A stretch of DNA of 61,149 nt, filler included, from Streblomastix strix (taxonomy: Eukaryota): the NCBI GenBank assembly GCA_008636045.1. It is 4 parts of 4 records of this genome, joined end to end, with 100 filler letters (N's around TTAATTAATTAA, not from the genome) between each part and the next. Parts side by side here need not be neighbours in the genome. Positions count along the whole stretch, not along the records: positions 45,954 to 61,149 come from SNRW01001020.1; 3 more parts are not named here. One strand, written 5' to 3'. Positions 53,107-61,149 of this stretch are shown here, piece by piece. A program made the position numbers and the translations under genes. Numbering within the stretch: the first letter of the stretch is position 1; every line of letters starts with the position of its first letter. The notes below the pieces were generated by a model. That model was not told the DNA's origin, searched no databases, and saw only the letters and a list, made by a program, of their open reading frames with translations.

Positions 53107-54272
53107 ATGACAAAGCGTTCAAAGTTGATAAAATAAAATTAGAGGATTTCACTAAAAATTTGAGTTTTGCATTTAAAAAGTAATTTAACATCAATATTTT
53201 AGAGGAATAGTTTGAAGATAAAACTATTTCTTAATTGTATAAGATTTATCTTGTATACTTTTAAAAGTATCATGCTAAACGAATAAAACTCAAAGTAAAA
53301 ACTAAAAAAAAAACAAAGGTTTAATAAGATCCATAGAGAATTAAGAATCCATTTAGGAGTAAAGTTAAAGATAAAACCGATATAGAACCAGACATTAAAT
53401 TGAAACCATTAAAAAAGTATTAACGCCCCTACTTCTCATCTGAATTAGGGAGCTGGGAAATTGATATTATATTTATAATACATCCAGCAATTAATAAAGT
53501 AATTCAATAATATCTATTTTTTAATTAACATTAATACTAAATTTCTAGTTATATTTCCAATTAAAGATAAATCAGCAAATGAGCAATTAAAGTGTATTAA
53601 ATAATTAAAATCAAAATAACTTGTTTCTAAAATAATATCAGATGGTGAATCTGCAATTAGGTAGTAAATAAGTTAACGATTATTTAAAAGAGAACGATAT
53701 AAACTATTTCTATAATTCATCTCCTTTCGTTAATAAAAATAGAGCAGTTGATTCGGTAGTTAAAATGATTAAGAATGCATTTGAAAAAGATCCTCAACAA
53801 ATGGCTAATAACAAGTAATTATAATAAGTTGTAGATGATTACAGTAACACAAAGCACTCGACTTTGTCAGGTTTAACTTTAGTGAACTCAGCTTTTAAAT
53901 AAAAATTCACTCTTAAATAAGTAAATGAGAATGATGATTTAGAAAGAATATACATTAGATAAAAAATTTAGGAATTAGCTGATGCAAAGGAATTATAATA
54001 TAAGGATAATCTATAGGATATAAAGAAAGGTAATATAATAACTATGCATCTTGATTTAAAAAAAAACAGCTCACAGATTTGAGAAATAACGAAGATAATT
54101 TTATGAAATAGCTACATTTATAAAATATGAGCATGGAAATGTTGTTTGTGAACTATTGAAACCGTATAATGATATTAAGATTGTTGAAGTACCAATTTAT
54201 TATACTCATAAGGTTGCAAATAATATTGAAACATTAAAAGTCAAATATAAGAGAACTTTTAAATTAGTTTGA
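53107..54272 (+). pseudogene. rve integrase, D-D-D variant, frameshifted
   Basis: RPYFSSELGSWEIDIIF, IISDGESA, NKNRAVDSVVKMIK, YSNTKHS; TGA at 54270. Confidence 0.87.
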
Positions 54273-54292
54273 TATTTTTTCTAGATAAATAA

Positions 54293-54545
54293 ATGGATAC
54301 AGAAAACTTAAAACTTACTTAAAAGGTTGGAAGACCAAAGAAATATTTTACAGAATTGGAAGCATAAGAAATGGTTAAGAAATAACGTGGTGAAGCTAAG
54401 AAGAGATAACGTTTAAAGTTAAATAATTTAAAGAATAATTCTCTGTTTAGTAATTAAGAATAATAGATATATTAAATAAAACAATAGTATCAGATGATAT
54501 TTTATAGTAAATTTCTAAATTAATTGAAGATCCCAATTTTTGATC
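54293..54545 (+). CDS. Small AT-hook-like protein (KVGRPKKYFTELEAQE)
   Basis: ATG 54293 with GRPKKY motif; 3' end approximate. Confidence 0.6.
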
Positions 54546-55570
54546 GTAATTTCATTTCTTTTTTCTTCTAAGTTTATTTTTAAGTTATTCTTAAGCTTTA
54601 ATTGATGATATGATTTGATTGACTGCAATCTTATGTGATTTAGGTTTATCCAAGTTTAATAGATCTTCCTTTAATAACAGTATTTTATGTTATATTGCTA
54701 TTAACGCACCCTAATCAGTAACGTTATAATCAACTACTTTATGTGGTTCATTAGGATATTTTCCATACCATGGATGCACCGGTTTTTATCCCCAATCTAA
54801 TCCTCCAATATATTATAGATCTCTGTTTGTTTCTTTATTATCTTAAATTAGTTATTTTTATTATTAATTTTATACTTTCTCTTAATCAATATTTTATTAA
54901 AGAGAATCAGCTTATGAAGCAAAATCGGTAAATTAATCTGTATTTGATTCGATTGGATTTAAGTCAAATATAGGCTTTATTTAATATCGAATACATATTC
55001 CAAACAATTTCATTCTTTCAACATCACTATCATATATACTTCGATCACGTGCTGATGGTTATCTCTTTGAACTAACATCATGTGATGATTAATTAAAACG
55101 ATCATTAATATTTTGATTGGTATCAGCATCTGATTATCAAGTAAATTGTTAAGATTATGGAATTAATAAATTTTTTATCAACTATTAAGTTTCTTTCTAA
55201 CTTTCAATTACGTCCTAAGGATTATATCCTCCATAATGTCTCAGTTATCTAATGTACCCTTTATATACTTCTATAGCTGCATCTGCTTCTGCTATCGTAA
55301 TAGATGGATCAGCACTAATAATATAAATGATAATAATTTAATATTATCCTTTAATTAATTTTCCATTTACAGATTTTACCGATCTCATATCATATAGAAT
55401 CTGAGTTACTTTAGCTACTTATTTTGGATCAATGAGCTATGATTTTTGTTCATATCTTTATTTACTTTACATATATTCTTTTACATTTTACGCTATTGGT
55501 TAATTAATTGGTCATCCTACTTTTTTTGGGCTTTGAACCTGTTGATATAGATCGTTTAACCTCTTTTTTT
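54545..55570 (-). pseudogene. Basic viral protein (GGLDWG motif, Lys/Arg-rich tail)
   Basis: Long mostly open frame, syntenic with 13122-13690. Confidence 0.4.
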
Positions 55571-55731
55571 ATTTTAATTGTATATAATTAATATTTTAGT
55601 AATAAACAAATGGAAACAAAATAACAGCTCAATAAATGTAATCCAATATGTTAAGATATTCTAATTATCATTTCAAGCATTTTATTAATAATAACTTTAC
55701 TAAAATGATATTATTTTTCTAGATTAAAAGT

Positions 55732-55932
55732 ATGGCAAAAATAAATTGTGAAGAATTTATGATTTACTCAGCATTTTTGAGCTAACTTATATCTCGAGCA
55801 ACAAAAAATGATCCTGAGATAGAATTGAGATTTGTATTAAGACAAATATAATAATCGTCTTAAGATGGAACAATTAAAAGAAATTGTATAAATAGCATCT
55901 GAAAATAGTTAATCTGGAGTAATCAAATTGAT
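55732..55932 (+). pseudogene. Small conserved viral protein (MAKINCEEFMIYSAFLS...DPEIELRF)
   Basis: Homolog of 12832-13042. Confidence 0.7.
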
Positions 55933-56066
55933 AAAATATTTAAATCAAAGAGCGTGATGTTTAACATCTTTGACAGCTTGCGAAGCAAAGCCCACAAAGT
56001 GTGCAAAGCTGGCTCGATTTCCGATCGCGATGCTGTACCATTTGGATTTATTTCTGTATTATTGAA

Positions 56067-57535
56067 ATGACTAACATCAGCTTACAAATTATCAACTCAG
56101 ATTCAGATAAGAATTATGTATCATCGCAAACAACTATCCCTAGCGGAAGTTAAAGCTTTCACATTAATAATATCAATAACCTTCCAACTAATTTAATATA
56201 TTATTTAAACAAGGATTATATAGAAATGTAGCATAATATAGTATCAACTGATTAGCGTAAAATCTATTTCTAGCAATAGATTGGAGAAGATCAATTCGAA
56301 TGTATATTATAGGAATAATTACCTCCAATTCGGATTATTTTGAAAATTGCAATATGTAATGCTTATTATAGTAATCAAACAATATAAAGATATAAATATA
56401 CTCCATAATTACTATTCTTAACACTGACATAATATGATAATTTTATAGATACAATTGAGAAATGTTTTAAGACATAATCAACTTTGAATAGTGGAGCAAT
56501 ATGATTTAATAATGCAATTAATGAGTATGTATAAAAATTATAGAATAATATGTTCTCATTAAATTAGAATTATGGATAAGACTTAGTGGATTCAGCAATC
56601 AATTTCATAATCCTTAGAATTGATGCATTTCTCTATCACTATTGGATTTTAGATTCTACAGTTAATGAGTTATATCGAATGATTGAATTAATACGGTTAT
56701 TTTGCACAACATCAAATAACTACATTACATTAATTGAACGTAATTATTTTACATAAGGTAATGGATTATCAATAAGATACCTATTCGGTAAGTAAGTTGA
56801 TATAAATGCTAATGAAACAGTTACCACATCTGATTCTTAACCAATTAATATATAACAATTAGCAATGTAATAAAACATTAATAATATTAACACATTTCCA
56901 GTTAGAATTATCAATTCATTGCCTGCGTTTAGTATTGTTGAATGGTAAAATATTTATACAGCAGTTGGAAGAACAAATTACTATGGATAATTCATTCCAT
57001 AAGTTGTAACTGAATATTGTTAGTAAAATAACGTTTATTGGTTCGCTAATCATATATTTTTATCTCCAAATCTATATGTATAGTTAGTTGGTGGATAGGA
57101 TCTTTATGATGGATAGAACGAAAATAGAGCCAACTAATTGGTTAATTTTTCATCAGCTATTAAATAAATTGATCTCGAAGTATGGTTCTATTAAACTAAA
57201 CAGAATAATGAAAGTTTAGAAGATGATCTTCCAATATTCTGTCGATTTATTGGGAATTTTTTAGAGTATCCAAAAATGTTGATAATTTGCGTATCTAATT
57301 AATTATAAGGAATAACTCTTTAATGAACAGGTGGTAATGGACTCTCAAACGTAAGTTTAAATAGAATCTGGTTGATGCGCCAGTGTTACGGGGATAGAAT
57401 ATGATGAGTCAGTAAAGTCTTGTAGGACAAAACAGATCGTTAGTCTTTACATTATATGATAATTTTGGAAGGAAGATACCTAAGTAATATATGGACATGT
57501 ATAATAATTTACTTCTCGAGATATAATTTTAATGA
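56067..57535 (+). pseudogene. Putative minor capsid (penton) protein
   Basis: MTNISLQIINSDSD...YIEMQHNIVST...FTLYDNFGRKIPKQYMDMYNNLLLEIQFQ; homolog of 11330-12792; internal TGAs. Confidence 0.5.
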
Positions 57536-57569
57536 GCTGACTAAATAAATTATTTTTATTTTAAACAAA

Positions 57570-60500
57570 ATATCATACCTAAAGAAAGCGGAGCTAATTA
57601 AATTATTCAAAATCAATAACAAAAACATTAATGATTAATTAAAAGTAAATTAGATTAAAGATTAACTCAATGAATATTTAGACAAAATTAATTATAAGAA
57701 TAGAGGAAGAAATAACTACAATTATTTGTAAACTCATTTAAAATAAATCCATTAATACAATCTGTAAATCCTTAAGGCAAAAGATCCTGATTATCATTTC
57801 AAATAGAATTAATATGATTAAGATTTATAAGAATATCGTAGGGAATAATTATAACAATAATCAGATATTTATTACGATGATTTATAAGAATAGAATCGAT
57901 AATTATATTAAGATTTAACTCATTATCACTCAAATTAGTACGAATAAGATTTATATAAATATCGTAAAGAATAAGAAAAACAATATGCTGATGATTATTG
58001 GATTGATTTAAGAAATAAATAACTAGAGTAAGCTTAAAGAATTATGGATGAAAAATACGAAGTGAATCTATAATATTAAATAATTGCCAGACAAAATAAA
58101 GAGATTAAAGATAAAAATAATTTGTTTAGTGGATAAAACATTAGAGAAATAGATAATGATGCAGGCACTCTATTATATTTTCTTCCTGATAATATGGTAT
58201 AATTTGTTGCAACGGTTAATGATGCAAGATAAGGATTTGATCGTGAACATGCAATAGAATAAACAGAGCCTAATGAATAACTTAGCCAATTACATTATTA
58301 AAATTTTATTTAATCATTGACAGATATTGAAGAATATGTTGAAAAAGTTTATAAAGAATAATTCCATTAAGCATTCAAGATACAATTTAATTTTGGAGTC
58401 ATTTATGAAGAATATAAGTCTGATTAGAATGATTAAGTTTTTGTTGATTATGGATATATATTACCAAGAGATACATGAATACAAGAACATGCTCCAAAAG
58501 TTATATAATTTGAAGAAGATATTGAAAAGTATAAACAATACATTAAATCTGCAATAATAAATATATAGAGTTAAATAATAAGTAGCACAAAGTAACGATT
58601 CACAGCTATCTATTCAATGCTAATCCAAAAATTTAATCTTTAACCGTAAATTGTTGGAGCTAGTATGAATGAATTAATCGATTTTCATTGCAATTGTCGC
58701 GAAAATGTTATTTATAAAAAATTTGGAATTAATAACAATTGTTATATGGAAGCAGTAGCAAAGGCATTACATCTTGACAATAAGGAGAAACGTTATAAAA
58801 GTGAATCAATTATAAACATTAGTAGAGAGTATTTAGTTTAAGTATTAGAGCTACCATTCGATTCAAAGAGTAGAAAAATGACTGAATTATTGAAGACATT
58901 TGATGGATTAGATATAACTAAATACGCTAATATTGTATCATAAAAGTTAAAAATTAACTAAGACATTTATTACTACGATAATTAACATAAGTATTATTAT
59001 AAAAGATTATAGATAATGTATTAAAATGAAGATTAAAATGAAAAATAGGAGAGCACATCTAATGTCGCAATTGATTTTAAAGCAATTGATATTTTAGTTG
59101 TTGAATCTGAATGCTAAGGAAAGATGATTTCACATATTTTCGTAATAGCTAATAAACAAGCATTAACGGGATTTAAATTTTGACCACATTGTAACTCAAA
59201 AGCATTTGATCCTAAAGATAAAAATTACTCAAGAGACTATGAGAAACACATTATAAAATGTGAAAATAACGAAGGAAAAATAGTTAAGAAAGGTAATTTA
59301 GAATACATCTAAAAGCCATCTGTTCCACACATTATGAAAAATAAAACATATCAATATCTATTAGCAAATGGAAGATAACATGAATTTAAACCTACACAAT
59401 ACTTTATCACATACGATCTTGAAACCAGGGATTTTGGTATGAAATTTCTGTTAGTGGCAGCAAAAAATTTTGAGTGACAGCATTTTTTTTAAATTTCTTT
59501 TTTTTAGCTTTTTTTCTACTAAAAACTTTTATTTATAATTTTCAACTTTTTTAAAAAAATTTTTTTTATTAAAATCGAAAAATTTTAAAAATTCGAATAA
59601 TTTATTTTAACTACCATATTTAATAAAGTCATCTTTAGATTTAATAATTTCTTAACAAAATTTCATAATTTGAAATTAAATTAAGTTCTGTCTGGTTAAA
59701 ACTGCCATTATTTTTTGATTATTAAATTTTATTCATTTCAAACAGTTTATATCGACTTACAAGTTGATTTTTTAATTAATATAATAATATATTCAAAAAT
59801 TTCAGGAGATTCTTTGTGGCTTTATTTTCCAATTTTAGCCTCTTGAGAAGCACAGCCATACGAGCATGCAACTAGCATTTCGATTTGTGAACTTTCTGAT
59901 GTTCTGTATTCTAGTATTCATCCTATTTGACCATGAAACTGAAAAATAAACTACTCTTTCTCATATTTATATAAATTAAAAATTATTTTCCCATTAAATA
60001 TTATATTATATATTATTTAGGGTTTGAACTATATAAATTTCACTTCACTTCGCTGATAATAGGAAAGAACGAAGTTTTTGTTGCAGTGACATTCTTATTT
60101 AACATCGACAGTTACGTATCATTGCATGTAATGTATTAGTGTCTAAAGAAATTGTGACAACATAACCGTAAATAATTTATATAAAGTACTTGCTCATATC
60201 TCTCGTAATCTTTGAATGATTTATTCAAATCAAATAAATAATTAATAAGTATGAAATTAAGATTTGATATATCATTAATTATATCATAAATGTAATGTAA
60301 AGATTGTACAATCAGTAATTATATTGATAGCCCTACAATAGCAAAACAAGTAATTGTACTTCATAAGAAATTGAATTTGAAAGTGAAATTTGTTGATATG
60401 TTAACATATCTTTAACCTATGGAATTAAGGTAAGCCGTAAAAGATTATGGAGATGGATATAATGATAAGAAAGGTATATTTCCATTTGAAGCTTTCAATA

Positions 60501-61149
60501 CTGATAACGTTAATGAAGTATAAAGTAAATCAGAACCATTTACGATGGAAGATTTCAATTCATCATTAAAGAAGACAAAAATTAGCGAGAAAGATTACTA
60601 AATTTATCTAGAAGATGCAAAACGATTTAAAAATAGATGGGATTACTTACAATACTATAATGAATAAGATACTTATATAATGATCAAACCATTAATGACT
60701 CTCATTTGCTTACAATTTAAATATAAGATTGATATGTTTAGTTTCATGAGTATGGCTGCATGCTCTAATGCTATCAAATATGCTAAAGCTTATGAGGATT
60801 TTAATATTAATGGTGTATATCCTAATTTTGAAGATTTATTATAGAAATTTTACTTAACTGAGAACTATTGGTAGATTAAAGTGCGGGGATATCAAGTCTA
60901 AGATAAACATCAAAAAAAGAGATACAACAAATAATGTACAAGATAGTGATTTCGATTATTTCAAACAATTATTCAAAGATTCTAATTGTGGAATTTGCGG
61001 ATGTAAATTCAATTTTACCAATTAACAAACTTTAGATAGAATAGATAATTCAAAAGGTCATTCAAAAGATAATGTCTTGCCTTGTTGTTTGTATGGCAAT
61101 TGCTTTTGTTCAAACAAAGATAAAAATATAGGTAAATTGTTCATATAAT
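57570..61149 (+). pseudogene. Protein-primed PolB, interrupted and 3'-truncated
   Basis: (ATA)SYLKKAELIKL matches MPYLKKSEIIKL; NNNCYMEA, YDLET, KGIFPFE, YNEQDT and HNH-like TLDRIDNSKGHSKDNVLPCC. Confidence 0.9.
59426..60300. mobile_element. Foreign insertion (probable DNA-transposon fragment) in pPolB directly after ExoI
   Basis: Homology breaks at YDLET|cagggattttgg and resumes near 60310; the ExoII region is missing. Right boundary uncertain. Confidence 0.5.

Larger units (their letters stand above)
52026..61149 (+). mobile_element. Endogenous Polinton/Maverick-like virus, left arm, decayed
   Basis: Putative terminus agtagtag at 52026, then integrase, AT-hook-like, basic, small conserved, penton-like and pPolB genes in the same order as contig 1. 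Confidence 0.85.

Overview
This is very AT-rich eukaryotic DNA that reads TAA/TAG as Gln and stops only at TGA. That code, the short GT-AG introns and the gene families suggest an oxymonad such as Streblomastix (inference), so the supplied ORF track fragments or misses most real genes. The window is four unrelated ~15.2 kb contigs joined by N-TTAATTAATTAA-N linkers (1-15231, 15331-30548, 30649-45853, 45954-61149). Each contig holds part of an endogenous Polinton/Maverick-like virus, mostly decayed. Contigs 1 and 4 share a syntenic block: an integrase with a D-D(35)-D pattern, an AT-hook-like gene, a basic protein, a small conserved gene, a putative penton, and a protein-primed PolB with vOTU-like and HNH-like domains. 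Contig 1 adds KilA-N, an A32 ATPase and a fibre-like gene. Contig 2 has host RPN2, a Pro/Gln-rich gene, AGTAGT-tipped inverted repeats and an intact Prim-Pol gene. Contig 3 has a viral ATPase split by a 6.56 kb pogo transposon carrying two OTU domains, a long-TIR MITE, a major capsid fragment and a repeat-rich fibre gene. Contig 4 also has a type I PKS ketosynthase pseudogene, a SPRY gene and a kinase remnant. The top candidate novelty is a ~215 nt structured, Pol III-type (VA RNA-like) ncRNA between the putative viral terminus and the integrase. All translations and folds were done by eye; no database searches were run.
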